Positions 1 through 8,883 of a stretch of DNA of 34,262 nt are shown piece after piece. Numbering within the stretch: the first letter of the stretch is position 1; each line of letters starts with the position of its first letter. The stretch comes from Archaeoglobaceae archaeon (GTDB taxonomy: Archaea > Halobacteriota > Archaeoglobi > Archaeoglobales > Archaeoglobaceae): positions 1 to 34,262 of the forward strand of contig JAWAQR010000013.1 in NCBI GenBank assembly GCA_038893835.1, written 5' to 3'. Under the pieces are notes generated by a model that saw only the letters and a program-made list of their open reading frames with translations, was not told the origin of the DNA and ran no database searches. The position numbers and the translations under genes were made by a program.

Positions 1-221
1 CTTATTCTTTGAGGTAGTAGCAAAAGGACAGCATTTTTGAAATCTGGCTTTAGATTTTCTTTTTGGATTTTTTGGGCATTTTTATGATGGTTTCGGGCAT
101 GCGTCCTTTTAATTAAATTCATTAATTTTGAAATTATCTAATATTAATATTTATTAATATTGCAGCTAAAACCGATTTTGATAGAAAAATTCATACTATT
201 TAAGCATCATTCGTGATTAAA

Positions 222-229
222 TTTAAATA
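222..229 (+). promoter_or_regulatory. Putative TATA box (TTTAAATA) of the RHH regulator gene
   Basis: Archaeal TATA consensus match ending 33 nt before ATG 262, within an AT-rich upstream region. Confidence 0.5.
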
Positions 230-261
230 CTTGTAACAATCTATTAAAAATTAGGATATAT

Positions 262-792
262 ATGGTTGAGAGACTTAGTATATCGCTGGATGAGGAAAGT
301 AAGGAAAAAATAAATTCATTGTGCTTAAAAACAGGCAAATCTGCGAGCCAAATAATTAGAGAGTTTATTGAACTGGGTTATGAAATCCTCAATCTTGGTA
401 TAGACGTTGAAACTCTAAAAATTTGGATAGATTATTTAGCAAAGAAACAGCATATAATATTGGACATCGAGCATTGGAGAGTTATTTTTTCTGAGATTGA
501 AAAAGTGAACAGCGACGAATTCTGGGAAAAGATGGAGGAAATTGGATTAAGCCATGCGATGCAGTATAAACTGAAAGGTATAGATACAGTAGAAAAAATT
601 TTGAGTTACGTTGAGAAAGCGAACTGGTATGAAATAAAAGTCGAAAAAAAGGGTATTTACACACTGGTTTTAAACGATTTGAAAGTAAAGAAATTTGTAA
701 AGACTTTTCTTGAGAAGGTTTTTGAGGGTCAAAAAATAAAGGCTGAGATAAAGGAAGGATTTGGTAAACTCATCGTCGTAGCACACTCTTAA
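262..792 (+). CDS. Ribbon-helix-helix (CopG/NikR-like) transcription regulator with C-terminal putative ligand-binding domain
   Basis: N-terminal ERLSISLDEESKEKINSL...SASQIIREFI is a typical RHH strand-helix-helix; about 125 aa globular C-terminus. Confidence 0.75.
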   Translation: MVERLSISLDEESKEKINSLCLKTGKSASQIIREFIELGYEILNLGIDVETLKIWIDYLAKKQHIILDIEHWRVIFSEIEKVNSDEFWEKMEEIGLSHAMQYKLKGIDTVEKILSYVEKANWYEIKVEKKGIYTLVLNDLKVKKFVKTFLEKVFEGQKIKAEIKEGFGKLIVVAHS

Positions 793-1925
793 ATTATTAA
801 AGCAAGGATTAATAAAATTAAGATGCTGGGAAGGGTTAGTTTTATCAGCATTTTATAGCAATTCATAAACTTTGCTTTGAAATATTCAACTGTCAATGCG
901 TAGCAGAGATGGAATGGAGAAAGCATGACTCCAAAGAAGCCTGCGGAGATTAAAAGGAGTAGATTTCCAGGATCTTTTGCAAATTCGTGAAATATTGGTA
1001 GAGAAATTGAAGAATAACTCACTTCTATACCAGTTGAAAAGCCAACGAGAAATGAAACAAGAAGAGCTGAGATCTCTAATGGTACAAAGCTCATTTCTTC
1101 GTAGAGAATTCTTGCAGAATTGCTGAGCTGTATTATGTTCTTATAACCCATAACAGCAAAAACCAGGATTAAGACTCTGAAGTCCAGAGATTTTTTAATA
1201 ACTCTTCTAAAATTTCTCAGTTTTTCCTTTTCCAAAATTATTACCATTAATAAGGAAACTGCGATTGATAGCAAGAGAATCTTAGTTATAAGGTAAAGGG
1301 CTAGAAGGATGAAGATTGGGTAAAGACTTGATACCATCTTTCTCAGTCCACTGATTTTAAGGTTAAAACTCAGACCTCTGAGCAGAGTAAAACCCAAAAT
1401 AAAGGAGACCAATGCAATTGGAAGAGTTGCAAAAAGGTAGTGTTCATATTGTACGCCAAGAACTGCTAAAGCTATGATTACTGAAGGATAGAGAGGCCAT
1501 ACCGGTGTCCATACATGCCGGAACCAGTAATTTATTACAGTCAATTTTTCTGGAGAAATTTTGGAATCTTTTGTTATTGGTAAAAGCATGGAAGCTGAAA
1601 CCAGAGCTCCGGCGGGCATTGGGATTAAGCCGATGAGTAGTGGGATCAATGCTATGCTCAGTGAGCCAAAAGACTCGTTAAGAGATTTTGAAAGTTTTTC
1701 CAGCATTCCAGTGTTATCCATGGTATTGGCTAAGGTGTAAGTTAGGAAGACAACGAGCATTAGTTCAACACTCTGAAGCTGGAGATAGCAGTTTATTAAG
1801 CCATTAAATCCTACTGTGAAAATTCCTAAGATAAAGGATGAGATAAGGAGGGAAATTCCGATTCCAAGTTTCCTCGCAAGAATTAGGGTGATAGCTATTG
1901 AAATAAATAACTGAAGACTTTGCAC
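789..1925 (-). CDS. DUF401-family multi-pass membrane protein (putative ion-transporter superfamily permease)
   Basis: Many TM segments; motifs IGLIPMPAGALVSA, NYWFRHVW..WPLYP, GVMLSPFHLC; GTG start. Confidence 0.8.
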   Translation of the reverse strand: MQSLQLFISIAITLILARKLGIGISLLISSFILGIFTVGFNGLINCYLQLQSVELMLVVFLTYTLANTMDNTGMLEKLSKSLNESFGSLSIALIPLLIGLIPMPAGALVSASMLLPITKDSKISPEKLTVINYWFRHVWTPVWPLYPSVIIALAVLGVQYEHYLFATLPIALVSFILGFTLLRGLSFNLKISGLRKMVSSLYPIFILLALYLITKILLLSIAVSLLMVIILEKEKLRNFRRVIKKSLDFRVLILVFAVMGYKNIIQLSNSARILYEEMSFVPLEISALLVSFLVGFSTGIEVSYSSISLPIFHEFAKDPGNLLLLISAGFFGVMLSPFHLCYALTVEYFKAKFMNCYKMLIKLTLPSILILLILALII

Positions 1926-1987
1926 GCAACTCTTTTCTTCATAGCTTTATAAGGATATCTAATTAATTCCCTAAACGTTTTCTCTTC

Positions 1988-2656
1988 ATGAAACCCTATG
2001 TGATCGTTAACGTTGCAGCGAGTATAGATGGTAAGATAAGCGATGAAAGAAGGGTACAGATGAAAATATCTTGCAGGGAAGATTTAAAAAGGGTGGATGA
2101 GCTCAGGGCTAGTGTTGATGCGATAATGGTAGGGATAGGAACGATTCTATCAGACAATCCGAAGCTGAATGTTAAAAGCGAGGAACTCAGAAAAAAGAGG
2201 ATTTTAGAAGGAAAGAGTGCAAATCCGTTAAAAGTTGTGGTGGATAGTAAGTGTAGAATTCCGGAAAATGCTGAAGTGCTCAGTGGAGATGTGATTGTTG
2301 CAGTTGCGAGAATTGCGGATAAGGAAAGGGTTTATAGAATATCGAAGAAGGCTGAAGTTGTGGTTTTTGGTGATGAAAGAGTGGATTTAAGAGCCCTGCT
2401 TGAATACCTTTATGCTAAAGGTGTGAGAAAAATTCTAGTTGAAGGTGGTGGGACTCTGATTTCTTCCTTGTTCCTAGAGGATTTGGTAGACGAGCTCTTC
2501 ATCTATTACGCCCCGATCATAATTGGGGGAGCAAATTCGCCAACGATATGCGATGGGAGGTCTTTTGAAAAGCCGAAAGAAATGGAATTAATTTCTTTAA
2601 CGAGATTTGGTGAAGGTTTTTTGGTCCATCTTAAGAGAAAATCTAAAAACCTTTGA
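1988..2656 (+). CDS. arfC: 2,5-diamino-6-(ribosylamino)-4(3H)-pyrimidinone 5'-phosphate reductase (RibD-C/Rib7 type)
   Basis: PYVIVNVAASIDGKI, DAIMVGIGTILSDNPKL and VEGGGTL motifs; no deaminase domain. Confidence 0.92.
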   Translation: MKPYVIVNVAASIDGKISDERRVQMKISCREDLKRVDELRASVDAIMVGIGTILSDNPKLNVKSEELRKKRILEGKSANPLKVVVDSKCRIPENAEVLSGDVIVAVARIADKERVYRISKKAEVVVFGDERVDLRALLEYLYAKGVRKILVEGGGTLISSLFLEDLVDELFIYYAPIIIGGANSPTICDGRSFEKPKEMELISLTRFGEGFLVHLKRKSKNL

Positions 2657-2670
2657 ACTTTTTTTCAACC

Positions 2671-3267
2671 ATGAAACTGAACATCTTAGTTCTAGGAGTT
2701 GGAGGACAAGGGGCGATTACTACAGCTCATTTAATTGCGAGGGCTGCACTTAAGGCTGGGTTGAATGTAATATCTGCTGAAACCCATGGGATGGCTCAGC
2801 GTGGAGGAAGTGTTGAAGTACACGTCAGAATAGGAGACGTCTTTGCCCCTCTAATCCCTGAAGGCTCTGCGGATATAGTTTTAGCACTGGAACCTGTTGA
2901 GGCTTTAAGGTATGCGAAGTATATAGGTAAAAGAACTACGGTAATCTTAAATTCAAGGAAAATAATTCCTCCATCCGTTACAGTGGGTCTTGGAAAGTAT
3001 CCTGAGCTGGAAGAGATTGTAGAGAACTTGAGAAGAATAGCGAAGAAAGTCTATGTTGTCCCCGCTTCCGACATAGCTCTGAAGCTCGGAGATGTTGTTG
3101 CGACAAACGTAGTGATGGTGGGGATTTTACTCTCTCTTTTTGAAATGCCTTTTAAGCTCGAGCATGTTGAAGAAGTGATAAGGGAGACTATGAGGAATGC
3201 TGAGATGAATATAAAGGCGCTGAAAATGGGATACAACTTCAGATCAGCCCAGCTCTTTGTAGTATGA
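2671..3267 (+). CDS. iorB: Indolepyruvate:ferredoxin oxidoreductase beta subunit
   Basis: GVGGQG and ETHGMAQRGGSV motifs; ATG 2671 preferred to TTG 2653. Confidence 0.9.
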   Translation: MKLNILVLGVGGQGAITTAHLIARAALKAGLNVISAETHGMAQRGGSVEVHVRIGDVFAPLIPEGSADIVLALEPVEALRYAKYIGKRTTVILNSRKIIPPSVTVGLGKYPELEEIVENLRRIAKKVYVVPASDIALKLGDVVATNVVMVGILLSLFEMPFKLEHVEEVIRETMRNAEMNIKALKMGYNFRSAQLFVV

Positions 3268-4117
3268 GGAGGTCTTCCGTGTCTATCTTTTCTCCTCTCT
3301 TGAACATTTCGTAGATCTCCTTCGCCTTTCTTATTAGCTCTTCCCTTTCCAGTTGCTCCTTTGTCTTATACTGTCTTGACTTCAGCGTCTTTATAACTTT
3401 CTCCAGATCTCTTATATCTCTCTTTCTCTTCAAAGCCTCTTCATGGCACTTATCAGCCTCTTTTCTGCTCTCCGTGAATTTTGCATGCATTTCATCTGCC
3501 AACTTTCTTTTTTCATCCAGTTGACTGACTATTGCAGTGATTTCTGCATGATATCTGTCAGCTTCATCACCATAAGCCTTTATTTCTGAATTCAAAACCC
3601 TTACTTTGTCTTTAAGCTCTCTAATTCTAGCTATCAATTTTCTGAACTCCTCATGTTTTTCGAGCTGGGCTTTTCTTTCTTCCAGCTCTCTCTTCAGCTT
3701 TGATATTCTTTCTATTAGAGCCCTCTCCTTTTCTATCGTCATTACAGTAGTCTGTTGTTTGAACTCGAGTCTCCTGATTTCCCTCTCTATCTCTCCTAAC
3801 GGTCTTCCTCCTTTGTCTATGTTCTTTCTGAGATCATCGAGCTCCTTATAGAGTTTGTCTATCTCTTTGTAAAGCTCATTCTTCATCGATTTCAATTCCC
3901 TCACTTTGTTGTTTAATTCATCTCTCTTCGTTCTAAGCTCTCTTACTTTATTCACTAGCTCTTTGACTTCCTTGTTCAATTCATCCCTCTTCTTCGCACT
4001 TTCTCTCGCAATCTGGTTCAGCTCATCCCTCCTCTTTATGAATTCTTGCAGTTCCCTTTCAAGCTGTTCTTTTCTTTCCTCCAGTTTCTCTATCATCATA
4101 ATCTCACAACAGCTCAA
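3239..4117 (-). CDS. Archaeal coiled-coil protein (COG1340-like)
   Basis: Long K/E-rich heptads with repeated KRDELN, LEFKQQT, C-terminal FKRGEKIDTEDLLILQ. Confidence 0.85.
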   Translation of the reverse strand: MSCCEIMMIEKLEERKEQLERELQEFIKRRDELNQIARESAKKRDELNKEVKELVNKVRELRTKRDELNNKVRELKSMKNELYKEIDKLYKELDDLRKNIDKGGRPLGEIEREIRRLEFKQQTTVMTIEKERALIERISKLKRELEERKAQLEKHEEFRKLIARIRELKDKVRVLNSEIKAYGDEADRYHAEITAIVSQLDEKRKLADEMHAKFTESRKEADKCHEEALKRKRDIRDLEKVIKTLKSRQYKTKEQLEREELIRKAKEIYEMFKRGEKIDTEDLLILQRAGLI

Positions 4118-4185
4118 CTTCTTGAGATATGCTCAGCACACATCATCTGGATTTAAATTTTTCTCTACATCACTTTCAAAATTTT

Positions 4186-4524
4186 TCAGCTTAAATTTTC
4201 CAATACACATTCTTCAGGACTTTTATCATCTCTAAGTCTTAGAAAAACCGGTGCGCGAAGTTTTAAATCATTTGTAACTTCTAAATATTCCACTTCGCAA
4301 ACATAAATTGGTTTGCACCGGTGCGCAGCTGTTTTAGTTTCAATCTCAAAATGTGGCTCTTTTATTTCAATTTCCAATAATTTTTTATAGAACCAATAAA
4401 TAAAATCTGAAGAAAAACCTGTACCAAATTGTCCTTCTTCTTCACAATCACGCCTTCAATTCCTAGCTTTGTAACTTTCTCGTATAATTCTTCTCCTTTC
4501 TCTTCAACAAAATCGACAACTCAT
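4186..4524 (-). pseudogene. ligD: Degraded LigD-type ATP-dependent DNA ligase
   Basis: 4520-4431 translates VVDFVEEKGEELYEKVTKLGIEGVIVKKKD (ligase motif IV). After a frameshift, 4428-4186 gives FGTGFSS...KPIYVCEVEYLEVTNDLKLRAPVFLRLRDDKSPEEC (OB domain). Motifs I, III, IIIa and V are missing. Confidence 0.88.
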
Positions 4525-4806
4525 TTTATTGCCTCCAAACTAGCTCTAAGAGCATCTTTGCCAGCTCAAGTTCCTCTTCGCTTATCTCAACCTCCACTCC
4601 CCAATTCGGAATCCTTCATCGCTTCCCTAAGCAAGGCATAAGCCTTTTCCCCCTTAGTCTGGCACGTAAAAAGCCGCTGTAATATATTTCCCTTAGTTCC
4701 ATTGGATCAAAAATCTCTTTATCTCTATTTTCTTGGCACTTTTCAGCAAAATCTTTTCCAGAATTTCATAACCTCTCACGATCTCTTCATCAGAAACATC
4801 TTCCTT
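4521..4806 (-). pseudogene. ku: Degraded prokaryotic Ku (NHEJ end-binding protein)
   Basis: Collinear minus-strand fragments in shifting frames: KEDVSDEEIVRGYEI / LEKILLKSAKKIEIK / FDPMELREIYYSGF / YVPD*GG / GEKAYALLREAMKDS / PNWGVEVEISEEELELAKML / DALRASLEAIK*. Confidence 0.88.
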
Positions 4807-4835
4807 ATTATTAGTTAATGATGGTAGGTACAAAT

Positions 4836-6179
4836 TTAATTTTCTTCAATCATCTTAGCAAAGCTAAGTAATTTGTTCTCCTCGAAATAGTTACCAATCA
4901 CTTGCATACCAACTGGTAGACCTTTTACAAAACCTATCGGAATGCTTAAGGCAGGAAGACCTGCGAGGTTTACTGGTACAGTGTTCACGTCCATTTTGTA
5001 CATTGTAAGTGGATCTTTTAGCTCCCCAATCTTAAACGGTAAGGATGGCATCGTTGGAGACACTAGTACATCGAACTTGCTGAAAGCTCTTCTAAAGTCC
5101 TCTATTATCAGCGTCCTCGCTCTAAGAGCTTTGAGATAGTATTTGCCATAATAACCAGCTGAAAGTGTATAACTTCCAAGCATGATCCTTCTCTTTACTT
5201 CCATTCCAAAACCTTCTGCTCTAACTCTCGAGCAGTAATCGCTCCAGGATGATAGCTGGGCTGAATGATGACCGTATCTAATTCCATCGTATCTCGCCAG
5301 ATTTGAAGAGGCTTCGCTCATCGCTATGATGTAATAAGCTGCGAGAGCGTATTTCAAAGAAGGTAATTCCACTTCTTCGTATTCAAACTTGTTTATTTCT
5401 TCGTAAAATCTATCCATAACAACCTCTTCAGCACTCATGTTCTTTATAACTCCAATTCTTTCAACTTTTTCCCTTCTGAAAAAGAAACTCCTTCCAGAAT
5501 TCGTCGAATCCCTCTCATCCCTTCCCGCGATCACTTCAAGTAAAAGGGCCAGATCTTCAACGCTGCTAGCCATTGGGCCTATTTGCTCAAGCGAATTCGC
5601 ATATGGAATTAATCCATATCTTGAGACAAGTCCATAGGTTGGTTTTAATCCATAAATCCCGCAAAAACTTGCAGGACATCTTATGCTACCACCAGTATCA
5701 CTTCCCAGTGCGAGGACAGTTTCATCATTTGCAATTGCCGCAGCACTTCCTCCACTACTACCTCCAGCCACCCTAGTTAAGTCATAAGGATTTCTAACGA
5801 CTCCGAAGTAAGAAGTCTCAGTTGTGGTGCCCATTCCAAACTCGTCCATGTTCGTCTTTCCAATTATTATTGCTCCCTCAGCCTTTAGTCTTTCAACTAC
5901 ATGTGCATCGAAGACGGGAATATAATTGGCCAACATCTTTGAGGCACAGGTAGTTCTTATTCCCTTAGTGGTTATGTTGTCCTTGACAGCAACGGGGATA
6001 CCTGCAAGTCTACCCTTCAAATTCCCTTTGTCGAATTCTTCAGCAAGCCTTAGAGCCTCTTTTTTGCAAACAGTTATGTAAGCGTTCAGTTCGCTTCTTT
6101 CTATTCTTTCAAGAAGCTTGTTTACAGCCTCAAAACAACCTTTTTCCTCAACTATTTTCATCCATTCAGATATCCTCAC
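4836..6179 (-). CDS. gatA: Asp-tRNA(Asn)/Glu-tRNA(Gln) amidotransferase subunit A
   Basis: VKDNI, GKTNMDEF, GGSSGGS, SDTGGSIR, EASSNLARYDG and EVKRRIMLG motifs; GTGA overlap with gatC. Confidence 0.96.
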   Translation of the reverse strand: MRISEWMKIVEEKGCFEAVNKLLERIERSELNAYITVCKKEALRLAEEFDKGNLKGRLAGIPVAVKDNITTKGIRTTCASKMLANYIPVFDAHVVERLKAEGAIIIGKTNMDEFGMGTTTETSYFGVVRNPYDLTRVAGGSSGGSAAAIANDETVLALGSDTGGSIRCPASFCGIYGLKPTYGLVSRYGLIPYANSLEQIGPMASSVEDLALLLEVIAGRDERDSTNSGRSFFFRREKVERIGVIKNMSAEEVVMDRFYEEINKFEYEEVELPSLKYALAAYYIIAMSEASSNLARYDGIRYGHHSAQLSSWSDYCSRVRAEGFGMEVKRRIMLGSYTLSAGYYGKYYLKALRARTLIIEDFRRAFSKFDVLVSPTMPSLPFKIGELKDPLTMYKMDVNTVPVNLAGLPALSIPIGFVKGLPVGMQVIGNYFEENKLLSFAKMIEEN

Positions 6180-6457
6180 TCTACCACCTTTGGTCCGACA
6201 AAAAATCCCTCCTCTTTCCTCGGACTATTCAACAATGCTTCGCTCTGGTCCAAACCTTTTTTGGGATCGTCTTCTCTGAAAATATTGCTTATTTCGAGAA
6301 CATGAAATGTGGGCTTAACGTTTTCATCTATCTCATCTAGGATGTCAAAATAGGCGAGTATCTCTTCAAACTCTTTTTTTAACTGCTCTGCCTCATCTTC
6401 AGAAATCAGCAACTTTGCAAGTCTTGCAACGTGGTACACGTCTTCAACTGAGACCAT
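6176..6457 (-). CDS. gatC: Amidotransferase subunit C
   Basis: VSVEDVYHVARLAKL...FREDDP...GFFVGPKVVE; ATG 6457 preferred to the ORF-track start 6508. Confidence 0.93.
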   Translation of the reverse strand: MVSVEDVYHVARLAKLLISEDEAEQLKKEFEEILAYFDILDEIDENVKPTFHVLEISNIFREDDPKKGLDQSEALLNSPRKEEGFFVGPKVVE

Positions 6458-6491
6458 AAAATTCCTAGGCTTTTTGCAAATAAACTTAATT

Positions 6492-7013
6492 CTACCTTTG
6501 GGATACAACTTTTTGTGCTGCGAGTTCTATTGCTCTCATTAAGTCTTCCTTCGGAATTATTGTAACTATTGGAATTTTAACTAGCTTTTCAAGCGTCGGA
6601 CTCAATATTGGGGCACAAACTATCGCTTTGGCACCATCTCTTTCAGCCTTTACAGCCGAAACTATGGCATCCTCAAAAGAATTGGCAGGATACTCTCTGA
6701 TCGTAATCTTTTCTCCATCGATTTCAATACTGTAGTTCAGGAGTAAGTTGAGCACGGGTCTGGAAGCTATCACTGCAATGAATTTTTTGTCTTCACCAAA
6801 AATCCTCTTCATACCTTTAATTATCTGTCTCAACGTCCTCAAATTTGGCTCTCTTTTACCAGAGATCAACTTGTAGATTGTACTCTCAGAAATCTTTGCC
6901 CTTCTCGCAAATTCCCTTACATCCATCTTTAAATCTTCTCTAATAATTTTTTCCAACGCCTTTCCAAAATCTTCAGCTAGGATGAGGAATAAAATCATTT
7001 CCATGACGTTCAT
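6492..7013 (-). CDS. XRE-family HTH transcription regulator (COG2522-like) with C-terminal effector domain
   Basis: DVREFARRAKISESTIYKLISGKREPNLRTL HTH; C-terminal AERDGAKAIVCAPI; true start may be 7004 or 6998. Confidence 0.8.
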   Translation of the reverse strand: MNVMEMILFLILAEDFGKALEKIIREDLKMDVREFARRAKISESTIYKLISGKREPNLRTLRQIIKGMKRIFGEDKKFIAVIASRPVLNLLLNYSIEIDGEKITIREYPANSFEDAIVSAVKAERDGAKAIVCAPILSPTLEKLVKIPIVTIIPKEDLMRAIELAAQKVVSQR

Positions 7014-7019
7014 AATACT

Positions 7020-7091
7020 ATTGGGAAAAATTGTATTTAAATTTTTCCGAACTAGGAAAAATTTTTGTATAATTGGGAAAAATATTTATAA
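7020..7091. promoter_or_regulatory. Divergent promoter region with GGAAAAAT repeats and a 10-bp inverted repeat
   Basis: AAATTTTTCC-N6-GGAAAAATTT at 7039-7064; GGAAAAAT also at 7024 and 7076; TATA-like TTTAAATA on - (7034-7041) and TTTATAA on + (7085-7091). Confidence 0.65.
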
Positions 7092-7111
7092 CTCTGCTCA
7101 AAATTTTGAAT

Positions 7112-8116
7112 ATGAAAAGGTTGCTACTCCTAGTATCTATCATCCTTCTTTTTCTAGGATGCATGCAGGAAAGGGAAGTAACAGAGATTAAAGTTAGCTA
7201 TCAGCCAGGATGGCATCATGTAGCTCTCTTTGTTATAATCGAAAAGGGATGGGATGAGAAAGTTCTTGGAAAAAAGCTTATAACAACCTCATTTCCTTCT
7301 GGGCCACCACAGATGGAAGCCTTTTCTGCAAGACAACATGAAATAGCTTATGTAGGCGCAGCACCGCCACTTTCAATAATATCTAGGGGTTTTGATGCGA
7401 AAATAGTTGCAGTCGCAAACGTTGAAGGTTCATCTCTCGTAGCTCTACCTAATTTGGACTTCAGAGGTTTTGAGTCGATAAATGGGAAAAAAATAATGAC
7501 TTACCCTCCAGGTTCAATTCAGTGGACTGTTTTAAACAGCTGGCTGAATGAAAATGGGATAAAAGCTGAAATAATTTCAGCAAGTGGAGCAGCAGAAATA
7601 AGAGAAGCTCTGAAAAGCGGAGGAGTCGACTTTATTTTCGTACCAGATCCGACTCCATACATAGCTGTTAGGGAAGGTTATGGAAAGATTGTAATGAATT
7701 CCAGCGAAATGAAACCTATGCATCCATGTTGCGTTGTGTTGATGAGGGAGGACTTCATAAGACAGCACTACGATTTGGCAGTAAAATTCGTTGCATTACA
7801 TATAATAGCTAGTGAATATGCGGTAAAGGAGGAGAATCGGGATGAAATCGTGCAAATTTTAATTAAATGGCTTAAGATAGATGAAGAGATCGCAAGAAAG
7901 TTTCCTGGAACCACGAATTTCCACACAGATCCAAGAAATGAAACTTGGATTAGGGGTCTTGAAGAGCTTTGTAAAGCTCAATATGAGCTTGGAGTGACTA
8001 GGGATCAAAGTGGAAATGTAATAAAGTTGAGTGCAAGAGAAGTCGTGGATACAACGATTTACGAAGAAGCCATTAAAATTCTGCCAGAAATTAAAGTGAG
8101 GCTGGGAATTTCATGA
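7112..8116 (+). CDS. NitT/TauT/SsuA-family ABC transporter substrate-binding lipoprotein
   Basis: Signal peptide MKRLLLLVSIILLFLGC (lipobox); FPSGPPQMEAF, YVGAAPP, PPGSIQ, HPCCVV; ATG 7112 preferred. Confidence 0.88.
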   Translation: MKRLLLLVSIILLFLGCMQEREVTEIKVSYQPGWHHVALFVIIEKGWDEKVLGKKLITTSFPSGPPQMEAFSARQHEIAYVGAAPPLSIISRGFDAKIVAVANVEGSSLVALPNLDFRGFESINGKKIMTYPPGSIQWTVLNSWLNENGIKAEIISASGAAEIREALKSGGVDFIFVPDPTPYIAVREGYGKIVMNSSEMKPMHPCCVVLMREDFIRQHYDLAVKFVALHIIASEYAVKEENRDEIVQILIKWLKIDEEIARKFPGTTNFHTDPRNETWIRGLEELCKAQYELGVTRDQSGNVIKLSAREVVDTTIYEEAIKILPEIKVRLGIS

Positions 8117-8883
8117 ACATGAAGTTCACGTTCATTTCCATATCTATTTTTTTGATAGTTTGGGAAATCTTTTATTGGCTCGTAATACGTAATCCATTTC
8201 TTCTCGCTCCTCCTTCAATTGTAATCCCTACTTTCTTCAAACTGTTAATCGGCCAAGATCCAAGCTTTTATATGCCCCTAGATATCCTCTACAGCCTATA
8301 TCATTATGCATTTGGTTTTTCAATCGCAGTAATTCTTGGAGTACTTACGGGGCTTTTGATGGGATACTCAAAGACTTTTGAGAGAATTTTATCACCAATA
8401 GTTGAACTTCTAAGACCAATTCCGCCAATTGCTTGGATACCTATAGCGATTCTTTTATTAAAGCTTACACATACGGCTGCAGCATTCATAATATTTATAG
8501 GTGCTTTCTTTCCGGTTTTGCTGAACACAAGACATGGTGTTGCGAATGTTGAGATAAAATATATCGAAGCGGGAATGACGCTTGGTGCGAATAAAGTAGA
8601 GATTATCAAAAAGATCATAATCCCCGCAGCAATGCCATCGATATTGACTGGAATAAGGGTTGGTTCGGGAGTTGCTTGGATGTGTGTTGTGGCAGCTGAA
8701 CTCTTCGGCGTTTCAGCATATGGGCTCGGTTATCAGATAGAGATGGCGAGACTTTATCATGCTCCAGAAATAGTGATTTCCTACATGCTCTGCATAGGTC
8801 TTGTTGGTTTTTTGCTCGATGGGATATACAGGTTAATAGAACGCAAAATTTTGAAATGGCGGAGGGGACTTGTAGTTGAGTGA
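8113..8883 (+). CDS. NitT/TauT-family ABC transporter permease
   Basis: LRPIPPIAWIP, EAA-like loop EAGMTLGA, WMCVVAAEL; ATGA overlap with the binding-protein gene. Confidence 0.92.
   Translation: MNMKFTFISISIFLIVWEIFYWLVIRNPFLLAPPSIVIPTFFKLLIGQDPSFYMPLDILYSLYHYAFGFSIAVILGVLTGLLMGYSKTFERILSPIVELLRPIPPIAWIPIAILLLKLTHTAAAFIIFIGAFFPVLLNTRHGVANVEIKYIEAGMTLGANKVEIIKKIIIPAAMPSILTGIRVGSGVAWMCVVAAELFGVSAYGLGYQIEMARLYHAPEIVISYMLCIGLVGFLLDGIYRLIERKILKWRRGLVVE

Noticed and set aside
2671-3267. iorB without iorA (likewise top6A without top6B, pyrK without pyrD, gatCA without gatB, pheS without pheT)
   Set aside because: Split operons are common in this group and the partners are probably elsewhere
3239-3267. 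Convergent gene overlaps (also 14767-14798, 10894-10901 and several 4-nt cases)
   Set aside because: Ordinary for compact archaeal genomes
4429-4641. 70-aa plus-strand ORF
   Set aside because: Antisense shadow of the ku/ligD relic
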